Source: Balanoglossus misakiensis (Eukaryota > Animalia > Hemichordata). Taken from it: a stretch of DNA of 64,000 bases. This document shows, one piece after another, positions 43,349 to 55,137 of this stretch. The stretch is from the NCBI GenBank assembly GCA_040954595.2, contig CM082598.2, positions 1,488,001 through 1,552,000 on the forward strand, given 5' to 3'. How positions within the stretch are numbered: the stretch's first letter is position 1; every line of letters starts with the position of its first letter. The translations under genes and the position numbers were made by a program. Below the pieces are notes generated by a model, which made no database searches, had not been told where the DNA came from, and saw nothing but the letters and a program-made list of their open reading frames with translations.

Positions 43349-45596
43349 AAGTTCCCGACTAGAGAATTCTTATACATAAGTACAAAATGTACACCTATAA
43401 GATGTAGGGAAGTAACCATCTTCGCATGCAAGGCATGTTTACACACATTCATACGGGTTACAAACACATACATAGATATGCAAAGCACACTAAATATAAA
43501 CGCAATTTTATGAGAAAAAAACTCACGTTTTACTACGAAAACCCATGTGCGTCTGTTTGTAGTGAGTTGCCAAATCTTGTCAAACTTTAGTCTTTTGTAT
43601 ATTAATAGTCGAAATATTGGGAATGGACTAGAATGAATGTGAATGACTTTACTTTTATCAGATGTTTCTTAATTTATAGTTTGTGTTGTTACCTTTGTAG
43701 GGCCTATAACTTTTATACCGCGATAGGCAGGTACCCCCTGGACTTTCATCCACCAGAACCATCCAGCTTTACAAGGTGTAGACAAGATGATAGAGTTCTC
43801 AGGTTCTATATTGACAGAAGGTGAATTGGAATTAGAAATATAATGTTTGCACCAAACATTACGCAGCATTTAAGCATCAAACGCAAGCCGTATACACATA
43901 TCTGAAATTTACACTAACGGTGCGATTCTTAATCTTTATGTAGGAGTTTGTCTTCACGAGTAGTAGAACGACAATACTTACAAAGCATATGGCAGAGGTC
44001 AAAGGTTAGTTGTGTCCGACACACACATATACATGTACGCCCGTGAAACTCATCCAATATTTGTTCATGAAAGCTTTAACTTTTGCTTGTACACTTAACT
44101 GACACTTAAATCGAACTTAAAGGCGAGTTTTAACAATTTAAACAACGAATTTCGTACTTAATCAGCGCCGTAATACAGAAAAAGTACTTCGCAGATAGAT
44201 CATTGTATGTTGGTTTATTGATGCTTCCTCCAATTTGTTGTAGAGATATGCGCCCTCAGCGACAGAACTACTCGGTCTGTTGTTTATACGTACTTATATC
44301 TGTATGTGAGTTTGCAACGAAAATAGGATTATTTTTATAACGTTGTTTAGCTACTGGAAGTGTCTAACACTGTTTTTGAGTGAATCTGTTAATAAAAGTT
44401 GGTTCTAATGCAAAAACTGTTCTGTTCAGTAATTATTTTTGAGTACAATATTATTGGTTCTGTTTTATTATAGTTCTCAAATAAAAATTTCATTCAAATT
44501 AGGAACCTTCATGGTCAATACATTGTTTGAATTCCTGTATGCATAGAGGGCAAAGCTTGGCATTTTAATGACAAGGCAAACATATAAAGTAAACATTCAC
44601 TGTGTATCTTTATTTTCCATACAACTAAAACTGCATGAACTCAACAATGAGAGCGAAGTATGTTGTATGTAACCTTTTTTTTAAAAGTCATGAAGCTCTT
44701 TGTTACATTCAATGGAAGTACTTGATCAATTGTACATAATTTTATATGAAATTCTAAAATATCCCCATTTGTATAGTCAACTTCAGGATATATAAATGCT
44801 TTGAAAAATATTAAGCGGTCTAATAAATTTCCACATAATTCTTTATGTAATGTTTCTGGTTCCATGATCTATTTTACTTTGATTATTCAAATCTTGAAAC
44901 AATTTCGCTTCAAATTTGGTTAAATCATATATAAATCACATGCATGCAAATAAGTACATGTACATGGCATTGCTTAACATAACTGCAAACTCATAAGTAT
45001 CTGAATACTTAATAACTGTGTAAACATTCTTCTAGTACTATGCCTGGTGTTTTTCTCTCTGTAAACATGATTTACTGATTTGAGAAGCACAAAAAATCTT
45101 TCTGTAATTTAGACACTACTATTCTTTGGAGTTGTAGTGAGTATTTGATTTTAGCAGATTTGTCCTGTAGTTACATGTGTAAAATCTTGCTCCTATGTTG
45201 ATACACAGTGATTGTGTGTATAACTATGACAGGCAAACACTACCCTTGACTATCCCCATATGTTCAATGCAAAAAACATCACATTATGGCTAAACACATT
45301 CTGAATATTTGAGTAAAATATTCTTTAAAATCTTCATATTTGTATCATCATATATACAATCTGCCCAGAATGAAATCAACTGATTAGCTTCATTTAACTA
45401 TCATCATAATTCAATGTTCAATGTAGTACAGAAGACCCCCCTCCCGACCCCTCAAAAAGAACAATTGATAATTGAGGAAACAACATCTTTCACTATGACA
45501 ACAACCTTTGCCTACTATTGCCAAGGCCTCATCCCAACTCAGAAATCTCAACAATGACTGTTTAAAATAAAATGAGAATAGTATCCAGATGGCCTC

Positions 45597-48500
45597 CTAT
45601 TGTCTTTCTTCCACATAATTGGCCGGAAAGAGACCGGATTTTCCGCCGCATGTTCCCCTCCACCATCCAGCATCAACCTGGAATGAACAGGAGGAGATAT
45701 CAAACACTATGTATAACTTGAGTATTCAAAGATGGATTTAAAAGGATACTATAGAAATGTGAAAATAAAAAGTGTATGCCAATGCAGGGAATGAGAAGAC
45801 ACAACCAGAACCTTGACAACTTCCTTAAATTGTTTTAAGACGTTCCATGTCCTTACCTTTTCAATATTAGTGATGATGTCATCAGGGTCAAAGGACAGTT
45901 CATCGTCATCAGCTGCAAACAATTACAGGAGAATAGGGTTAAAAGCTGAAAGACCACACACCATAGAAATGGCTTCAAATTCTCTGTACTGGTACAGAGG
46001 TCACAAAGAGGTCACAGAAGAGATGAATACTCACTAGCTTGATAATCATAGACAGCAACAGCCGTGATCCCAGACCCAACACTGCCACCACCACCGCCCC
46101 CAATCTCTGCATAGGTCGAATCATCTTCCTCCTCAACTGAACACAAAACAAAAATATAATATATGTCAATGCAGTGTTTGCTTAATTTTTAACCCTTTCA
46201 CCCCCAGTTCCTTCTTTAGAGGTCCAACTGTACCACTGAAAACAATTGGTTTGGACTGAACCATGGTGGTGAAGGGGATCAAGTATCATACCAGGAGCAG
46301 GTGGAGGTGCAGCAGGCTGCCCAATTTCTGAATATGTCGTGTCTTCTTCTTCTTGATACGCTGCAGGGGGAGCGACAGGGGGTGCCACCTCGGTATCTGC
46401 ATAAGTGTCAGCCGGTTCATCGACCACTTGGGTATCTGCGTATGTGTCTTGAGGCTCTTCAGGTTCTGGTTCGTATTCAGGTTCAGGTTCGGGCTGATAT
46501 TCTGGTTCCGGCTCTGGTTGATATTCAGGCTCTGGTTCTGGTTCTGGGGCTGACCTGGCTCTCTCTGCTGCTTCTTCCTCCTCAGCTTGTCTTTTCTCCT
46601 GAAATCAAAATCACCGACATTTTGTACAAATTTCGACCACTGTGTAAATGTTCTAGCTATGTCTCTGACAATATCAGGAGTTGTACCGATGAAACGTTTA
46701 ATTTGTTATCAATGTCATACACAAAACAGCAATGAACTTGCAGCTGGCAAAATAGACATGACTTTTCAGCACATGTACTAGAATTACATTAATTTCAAAG
46801 GAGAATGCAACAATCAGAAACTGCAAGCATTACCTGTTCAAATCTCTTCGTTTCCCGTTCTCTTTCTCTCTGTTCCTTTGCCTGTCTCCTGGCTCTTTCT
46901 TCTTCAGCTCTCTTCTTTGCTTCCTGAAAAGTCACAAGAAAATATTATAGTGAGTCCCACAACGCTTGGTGCTAACCAGATTAAGTTAAATCCTAAAAAT
47001 GCAGATCCTTTCCTCATGGAATGCAGGGAAAACTGACAAACAATTCAACTAGACAGGACATACCTCCTCTTCCTGTTTGGCAAGGTTTTCAAATCTGGAT
47101 TTAAGATTTCCTGTTGCTCCGGCAGCTATGACAAGAAATTCATAGCACAGAATTTACTATATGCATAGATAATAAATCTATCGCTCAAATACCACACTTC
47201 CAGTCACCAGATTCACAATGTGTGTATTCACTCAAAAATTTTACCACCAGAGACCACAGTATGAATACAACTTACCACCTGTTGGTCGTGTTCTCTGATA
47301 GTTTGTTCCTTTCACCGCCTGCATGTCATCAAATGTTCCTGCAGATTCATCCTTTCTTTCCTCCACTCCAAACTGACCCCCGAATCCCTTCTTCATATCC
47401 GTCTGCGAGGGATGCAACTCTGTCTTTCCTTGTTCCTCATATCCTTTAGCTGATTGGTCCATTCTGTCTGCCTGTACGCCATATTTGCCTCCAAAGCCAG
47501 TAGAATAATCTGTTGTTCAAGTACAAGATTGTTCAGTATTGCATTAGGTCAACCCATGAATACCATGAGCAGTGGTACAAAGCAAGGCAGCATTGCTGAA
47601 CATGTACACGACACAAACATAGATACATACATGTATATACACAAACACACTCTGTATAATATTGTCACAGTACTATCACACACAAAACACAAAATGAAAC
47701 AAGATTTCACACGCATGGTTGACTCAATGACAGTCAACACCCTCCAAAGAAACACTCACAGTATGGTGCATGAAAGCATTTTGAGCTTCTTTGATATGGA
47801 CACGTAGGTGATTGTTAGAGTGACAGATATAAGGGAATAGCATAGTCTGCAATGCACTGCAACTGACAACCACCCTTCACATGGTGAATAGAACCACTTC
47901 TGTTACTGGTATATATTGTGCTAATGGCAGAGACTTATTATTGGTAAAAAGCACATGATGTGATGACTTGTACTATGCTAAGTTTAGACACCAGCAATGC
48001 TTATTACACGGTCACCACAGTAACAACAGCTGATTGCAGAGTATGAGTCCGTGGCTTAGCTGCTATGCAAAGTTGAGCAAGACTATAAGATGTGTCACCA
48101 TCTAATCTACAGTACATCTACTGCCAGGTTATTTCCTAGTCCACCTGTCACACATGCGTGCAGCAACACGACTAAGTAGCATCAGCCAGCTGTAGCAACT
48201 AAGCGAGTAAAGCATCCACACGAAGCCAGCGATAATGGACGTCGACGACGTACATAGCAACCGTTGTACCTTTTTGGGAATCGTGTTGTTCAAGGCCAGG
48301 CTGGTATTCATAACCGACCGCCGCCTTGTCTTGTCTCTCCTTCTGCACCCCATACTTGCCACCAAATCCCTTGGAATAGTCTGTACGACCACGGATACAA
48401 GGATCACCATGGGGACAGCAGTTGTCACGGGAACAAGGTCACCATAGGAATAGTAATTACCATAGGAACAGAGGCACAGGGTATTTACAACATATTGTTT

Positions 48501-50272
48501 AATTATAATAGAAAAGAGGATAGAGAACAATAAATTAAATGAATACAAATTATTTTTCTGGTGTCCAACACTCATTTCTGGTACAAACAAGACATTAAAT
48601 TATCACAGTACAAGTTGTGATAGAGTTGCGACAGTAAACGATTTAGCTTGCTTCACCTAACGAGGAAAAACTGCACAACTTCAAAAAGGTGAATAAATCT
48701 GAAGTAACATCAGACCTTAGTGACATCATCCCATCGCTGGGGACACAATACCAAACGGCTTTGATATCGGTTAACTCACCTTTCTGAGAGTCATGCTGTT
48801 GTAGTTTTTCTTGGTATTCATATCCCACGGCTGATTTGTCTTTTCTATCACTCTGTACACCATACTTGCCACCGAAACCCTTGGAATAGTCTTGCTGCGA
48901 TTCGTGTTTTTGTAGTTTTTCTTGATAGTCATATCCAACAGCAGCCTTCACAAAAACATCAAACGAATCAAGAATTATATTATGTTTAACCCTTTCACCA
49001 ACATAGTTTGGTCCTAATCCATTGTTTGCTATGGTCAAGGTGGACCACTATACAGGGAACTGAGGGTGAAGGGTACATGTACCCAGCATACCCAAAAAAC
49101 AAACACCGACAAAACGTGTTCTAGTGATTACATTACCTTGTCTTGTCTGTCTTTCTGGACTCCATATTTTCCACCGAACCCAGTTGTGTAGTCTGCAAGT
49201 TACAAACAATTACGTCAACGGTGAGTGCATTGCTGCTAACATACATGTGAATGTATCACTACAACAATTACCTTTTCATCATACAGATTTGGAACAGTCC
49301 CATTGATATTATAGGTTCAGTTGGACTCACACACTTAGAAATGGTGGACAAAGGGTTAAATTATATGCATAGGCCATAAACTGTTTACTCTTTACCTTTC
49401 TGTGATTCGTGTTTTTGCAATTTTTCTTGGTATTCATATCCCATGGCTGATTTGTCTTTTCTATCAGTCTGTACACCGTACTTCCCTCCGAAACCCTTGG
49501 CATAGTCTTGCTGTGATTCGTGTTTTTGTAGTTTGGCCTGGTATTCATGGCCTACAGCTGACTGGAAAGAGAAATGACAAACAATCAAACAGAAGTAAGT
49601 CCCAGTAGATTGGAAAGACAAACAAACAAACAAACAAACAAACAAACAAACAAACAAATAAACAAACAAACAGAATTGAACCAATAGAGCAATATAACAT
49701 ACTTTATCCATTCTGTCTTTCTGCACTCCGAATTCCCCACCATAACCTTCCGATGCCTTAGGTCCTGCATCAAACTGTTGTTTTTTCCACTGTGTATCAT
49801 CAGTCTTCACACCTTCTCGTAACTCTGCAATACTACATCAATCATGCAAACAAGACGAAATCTTGGATTAATACAACAGGGTGTGTACACTCAAAGTCAT
49901 GAAAAATTCACACTTTCCAGAAGTTTTTATGGCAAATGAGTGACTCATAAACTCACTTGAGTGAGGCCTGACGTCCAGATCCTTCAACACTTTTTGATCC
50001 CCATCTTTGTTCTTGCTCGGTGACATCATTCTGCGTGGAATCACAAAGACAATTGTGATGATGGCAACATCTGCTTAATCAAATCTACAGTTGAACCTGT
50101 GTTAGTGGCCACCTCTATATAGCGGCCACCTTGTTACAGTCCCTGTGCAATTTCAATGTGCATTATCTGACCTGTCTTATAAAGGCCAACTTACCACAAA
50201 GTCTGGGTCTGTTTCCCAATCATCATCATCATTCGCCTGTTCAAGTTTGACATCAACACCGGCTCTCCACAT
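45597..50272 (-). CDS. CTTN: Cortactin (~570 aa): NTA with DDW, 6.5 repeats, helix, Pro-rich region, SH3
   Basis: 14 GT-AG coding exons join in frame: 50272-50195 ([17 protein letters not shown]), 50030-49957, 49832-49703, 49561-49396, 49192-49137, 48945-48780, 48380-48270, 47509-47276, 47125-47064, 46923-46834, 46598-46292, 46136-46035, 45912-45857, 45677-45597. GFGGKYGVQ repeats; SH3 [35 protein letters not shown]. Confidence 0.97.
46193..46277 (+). mobile_element. Family C mini-MITE
   Basis: TTAA-CCCTTTCACCCCCAGTTCC..TTTGGACTGAACCATGGTGGTGAAGGGG. Confidence 0.7.
48385..48469. repeat. Five tandem ~18-bp degenerate palindromic units (X-box-like)
   Basis: ACGACCACGGATAC, ATCACCATGGGGAC, GTTGTCACGGGAAC, GTCACCATAGGAAT and ATTACCATAGGAAC start at 48385, 48403, 48421, 48438 and 48456. 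Confidence 0.55.
48990..49073 (-). mobile_element. Family C mini-MITE (reverse orientation)
   Basis: TTAA-CCCTTTCACCA..GGAACTGAGGGTGAAGGG is the reverse complement of the 46193 copy. Confidence 0.65.
49271..49355. mobile_element. Family C mini-MITE, degenerate
   Basis: CCTTTTCATCA..TTGGAC..ATGGTGGACAAAGGG-TTAA; same length and ends as the other copies. Confidence 0.45.
49617..49671. repeat. (CAAA)n microsatellite in a cortactin intron
   Basis: Directly visible. Confidence 0.9.
50088..50188 (-). mobile_element. Family B-related MITE remnant (reverse) reaching the cortactin exon donor
   Basis: TA-CAGTTGAACCTGTGTTAGTGGCCACC..TGTTACAGTCCCTGTG..CTTATAAAGGCCA is the reverse complement of the 35470-35622 copy. 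Confidence 0.6.
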
Positions 50273-51265
50273 TGTGAATGGTATGAAATCTGAATATCAA
50301 GATTCTAGTCAATGTCTTTGTTGCTGTAAACAAACAAACAAATGAATGAATAAAAAAATAAATAACTGGCCAGTATCACCTATTGCTGACTGAGTAATAT
50401 AGGGTGTCATTTTTTATACATCAGTTTCAGATTCATGGCAGTATTGTAAGTCAGTGTTCAGCCACTTTCATGACCTTACAACATCCTGCCATAGAAAATA
50501 TACTCATCATGTGATATCAAAATTTAGCAACTCAAGCATACATTGGTGTAGTTGACTGTGGTATGGATGAGTTGCTAAAATTAAAAATTAAACTCATCAC
50601 AAGAAAATTCCCATTTTAACTTATCAAAGTGAGAAAATTGTAATTCTGAAAAGACAACATACCACAGAGGGCACTAGGATACGACACAAGGTCATATCAG
50701 GGTCATGCATAACAAAGGCCAGATAACCCCCACAAGCAAGGTACCATGATTTAGATGAACTTTATGGCTGACATTGGGAAAGTTGGAGGGAGCTGGTCCA
50801 TGTTTATGCATGGATGCATACAAACTTATTGTTAGGACTGGAAAGTTTTGATGGAGATTATTATTTACTGGGAGTGACACGGACTGAAAATACACACAGG
50901 CACAGACACAAGTAAACAATGGAAGGGATGAGATGGGGGTGGGGCAGGCAGGCTAGCGTATTATACGAGACACTACGTTCGTAGTGATGTGTCTGACGGT
51001 TTTGAAAGGAATTGCGATCTGGAGAAGCAAATTATGAGTTACGTTTCCAGATCAAATCACTTCCTCGTCAACGAAAACAAGCAGCAGTTATTGTTGATCT
51101 AGCTCTCTCGAAACTTCGTGAAGTTAGTGTACGGTACGGATGGGCGGACACCATCGCCCAGCACTGGCCAAAGTACGTATAAAAAGATACGACGCCCGTA
51201 CCATCATACCAAGCCTAGCTTATATTGCAAATGATACTTCTGGCATAAATTGGACGAAAACCTAC

Positions 51266-51347
51266 CTTTCAGAACTGCGAATTCACGGGGACCAACCCTT
51301 GTGACCTGTGACTAAGTTAGTGCCACTTCCTGTTTCCCCTACTTCCG
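51266..51347 (-). promoter_or_regulatory. Putative cortactin first non-coding exon and ETS-site core promoter
   Basis: Minus-strand donor AAG|GTAGGT (exon end 51266); tandem ETS cores ACTTCCTGT (51325) and ACTTCCG (51341). Confidence 0.5.
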
Positions 51348-51579
51348 CATTCGAAACTTTATTAATAACTTGTGGGTTCGACCAATCGACCGATGGATGA
51401 CAATTTTAGAAAATGACCGTTAATTTAACTTTTTAAAGTTTTTAAAAAATACAAACAAAATATTTTACTGTGATTTTCTATTAAAATTGGAATTTCAGAC
51501 AAGTACAGGCAGAATTTGTAACCTACGTATACGTGAATATGTAATTACTTGTACGTACATAAAGCATGGTTAGTTTTTA

Positions 51580-51594
51580 CCACTAGATGGCGCC
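51580..51594 (+). promoter_or_regulatory. CTCF-type motif CCACTAGATGGCGCC
   Basis: Matches the CCASYAGRKGGCRSY core at every position; lies between divergent promoters. Confidence 0.55.
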
Positions 51595-52181
51595 ACACAT
51601 GTGCTGATAGTCCAACCACATGTACGTTTATTGTTGTGTTCTGTAGATCAAATTCGTATAAAAAAATATTTTGTGTGAAATTTGCCATAGAAAAGATGAG
51701 TGTCTGAATCATCAGTATAAATGCAGTGGCCCGCCAGCAACCACAATAGCTTACCACAGTTTATCCATAATATACTTTAGCCTAAGTGTTTGAACACAGC
51801 AGAAAGGCAACTCAAAGAGACAATGCTTCGGTCGATATGTGCAGGTGTCAGTTTGCAAGACAAATTAGTTGGCTCAGTGTGTTGTAAATCGACGTGTGGG
51901 GGTAGTTGCGCACGCGTCAAAGCAAGTTTCCCTGTCTGTTATGTACATGTACTACTTTATAAGTCAAAGACACGTGTCAAAGTTCACAAGCTTTGTAAAC
52001 TGAAGGAAGCCATTATACTGGCTGGGTGCCAGTGCAGCAGTCAGTGCAGCAGCATACAAAACGGAGCCATGAGCCACTGCAGCTACCATGGAGGTACACA
52101 CCACACAGTGCACTGTAACGTAATAACCGCACAAATGCCAATAAAGACGTCACCTTTACGAACGAGAGACTCCACACACTG

Positions 52182-52285
52182 GTTTGTTTACTGTTGCCAG
52201 GGTAACAACGGGTCTCCCCTTCAAATTTATTAATAGTAACTGACGACAGTGTCATCATACCTGTCCGGATAATTATCATAACAAA
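52182..52285 (+). promoter_or_regulatory. Forkhead + RFX X-box module upstream of death-domain gene A
   Basis: GTTTGTTTAC (52182-52191), GTTGCCAGGGTAAC (52193-52206), GGGTCTCCCC; homologous block at 55877. Confidence 0.55.
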
Positions 52286-53253
52286 AGAAGTCATGACGAA
52301 AGCAATATGCTAAACTGGAGTTGTGAAGCAAGGTGCTTGCACATGAGTATTTAATATCTTTCACCTGTATGCTTGCAATCCTTCAACTTTGGATAACTAC
52401 TACTTCAGCTTGACACAGACAGACTCTGATCTGTAGTTTACAAATGTCTGAAGTCAATCATGGATTGAAGAGCGCCAAACGTTTAGCGAGACATTCAAAA
52501 CCAATCAGGTATTCAATTTGATTGAACGTGCGCGGTGAAACGATTGCTTCGGAGTGCGCAACAGGTAAGTCAGTGGTTCATATATACTAACAAACTGTGT
52601 TTGTAAACTTCGCGAATTTTCGACCAGAATATAACATCTTCCCCTCGAACCGATTCGGAAAGGTTTAATTTATTGAAAATATAATCACGCCGGTCGAAAT
52701 ATAATACCATGGTCTCCTTCGACCGAAAAGAAAGGCGCCGGCCGGCTATTGTCATGAACACCTACGCGAAAAACCCTCCATATGGACAATGAAATTTGCT
52801 CGTCGCTTAAGCCCCTCTACGTACAATGCACAGAGCAATGCAACTAGTCGACTGCCACTTCAATAGTCTTGAGGTCAAATTGCATGAAGTACAATGAAGC
52901 GTTTGGTTCGGTATTTGTTAGTCCGCAATACATGTATTGATTTTTTAAACACTGAAATATGCGCGGACTGCACCCGTACTCATACTTGGTAACATATTTC
53001 CTTAACGACGAAGTAACCATGTCGCTGTTTTAATAAACCTTGCGCCACGAATTAATGGACTATTTGGAACTGTAAATGCGGACATAAATATTCTTCGCAC
53101 ACTTTTATATTGAGATTCCACCGTATCCTGACTGGTACAGTATTCAAACCGTGCGTCTGTCTGTCTTTCTGCCTGCCTGTCTGTCTGCATAGCCATGATA
53201 TAACTTACATTTACTGCTTCTTTGATTTTCAGATTAACAGCCGCGGGCCAAAA

Positions 53254-55137
53254 ATGACAGCATCACCAACCCGTCAGCGAGGCACGGGCACCATACAGGA
53301 AAAGACCATCTACGAAGTGTCCGAGTTCCTGGATGAAAAACTGAACAGAATAACAACTTACTGGAAAAATCTGAAAGCCAATTATGTCCATTTTTCGTCT
53401 TCCATCACATTAGCATATTCATTAAGTACATCTCCACGAGGTCTCGATGGAAACTTCTCAGAAGTGACGTCATTGGAAGACGTGATGAAGTGCTACGACG
53501 CTGTCAAGAATCGGCAGTTCACAGAAAGTGCTTTCGTCATCAGCACTTTCTTGCACACAGTGACGGAAATAAAGCAACTTTATCAGGAGGTGGAAAGATA
53601 TCGACCGACTTTGGTTGCAAGTCAGGACAGTAATAAAGCTCGGTATGTCCGTGAGTTCTGCGTCGAGTTGGAAAACTGGAGAAAGATGGTTGAAGGCTGC
53701 CTGGTCGCTAAAACTGTACATCCAGAGGTTTTATCCTTAACAAATGATGGAGACATCCAGAAACGTACAGGTCGTGTGTTTAGTGTCATACCTGTCATGC
53801 TGGACCATGCAAACTCTCTAATTAGAATTATGAAGAAAGGTTGGCCACCCAGGTTAGACACGGTACTACAACGCCCCCGCACGGCGTACATGTTAACCTC
53901 CCCGCGTATGAGCCGTTCTGCATCCATGACATCGATGCAGCCGCTCTTGCTCAGTGGCAAATCCGCGAAAACTGAGTGGCGACCGGCAGATGCGGTTGTC
54001 GGCGGGCAGACGGCAACCGAGACACTGCGCAAGTCGAAGTCCACACTCGGGTTACCGTCGCTGGAAACTGGAGCGGCTGGCTCCGGAAAGCGAGGATCAT
54101 CAGTCTGCGATATCGATGATGAAGCTCCCTTATCGAGATGCAGCAGTCCGTGGAGTACGTCAAGTGCCTACGAAACGGGACCGAATTCGCTGTCACGTGT
54201 GACCATCACAAATTCAAATGTTACAATATCATCAGGCAGTGAAGCAGATAGCTCGCAGTGGTCGCCTATTGACAGCTGTAAACATCCAATTGTAAAAGAA
54301 ATCACAGGTGAGCAAACATGAAGACACAGTTTTCTATTTTAGTGCACGAAACAATCATATGAAATTATCACCCGTTACACTGAAAACCCAACTTCAAAAA
54401 AGATGTTATACTGATTATAATATTACATGGGTCCGATATGAAGCAAACATTCCTTTGTTTGTGGTTATTTGGTTATCAGAGGTCCTTCAGTCCAAATTCG
54501 ACCAAGAACTTGACAAGGCCACAACTCGACTGGAGAAGAAGATAACAGACGCCACTGACACCTTAAGAGAAGATATACAGCACGATCTTAAGAAGAGAGA
54601 CAAGAGAATTGATAACATCAAATCTGATGTCGACCAGCTGTCGAAGTTTGTGGACGAAAAGTTCTCAGATCTCGATACTGAACTGTTAAAGCTTGATGTA
54701 TTTTTAAAAGGTTGGTTCTGTGTGCTTTTATAGCGTATGCATGCGTATATATGAATTTATGAATGGATGGATGGATGGATTGATGGATGGAAGGATGGAG
54801 GGACACTTCAGCAAGACTGATTTAAAAACGCAATCCTTTGATTTCAGATTACATCAAACCACTGGATGACGAACAGATACAGGTGATTGGTCAAAACATA
54901 GGTCCGCACGTGTACCCGAAAATGGCCAGAGCTCTCGGCATCAGCCAGACACAGATGGAGTGGATTAAAGAGAAACACAAGGACGATGAACAGGAAGTAG
55001 TCATCGCCAGTTTGCATAAATGGAGAAAAGCGTCGGACAAGCGCAAGGCGACCTTAGAAACAGTTATACGGGCGTTGGTGAATAATAATGAGCGCCAGAC
55101 AGCCAATCAAATTCTACGTGCATTTAAGGAGGAATGA
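53254..55137 (+). CDS. Uncharacterised death-domain protein A (~524 aa): helical N-domain, Ser-rich linker, coiled coil, C-terminal death domain
   Basis: Exons 53254-54307, 54480-54710 and 54848-55137 (both introns phase 1, GT-AG). 5' UTR acceptor at 53232, upstream donor CAG|GTAAGT at 52565. Last exon has a typical DD pattern: IGQNIG..KMARALGISQTQMEWI..EQEVVIASLHKWR..ATLETVIRALV. Confidence 0.85.
54761..54799. repeat. (GGAT)n microsatellite in a gene A intron
   Basis: Directly visible. Confidence 0.8.

Noticed and set aside
46301-46735. Plus-strand ORFs with FWFRF/LVLVL repeats
   Set aside because: Antisense of the cortactin PEPEPEY exon.
48385-48469. Periodic repeats as a CRISPR-like array
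   Set aside because: Eukaryotic intron; degenerate 14-bp units with 3-4 bp gaps, no spacers and no cas genes.
50661-50676. Second CTCF-like motif ACCACAGAGGGCACTA
   Set aside because: The 5' half is out of register with the consensus.
53110-53253. N-terminal extension of the 403-aa ORF
   Set aside because: Mostly intronic (acceptor at 53232); paralogue B starts at the equivalent MAASP.
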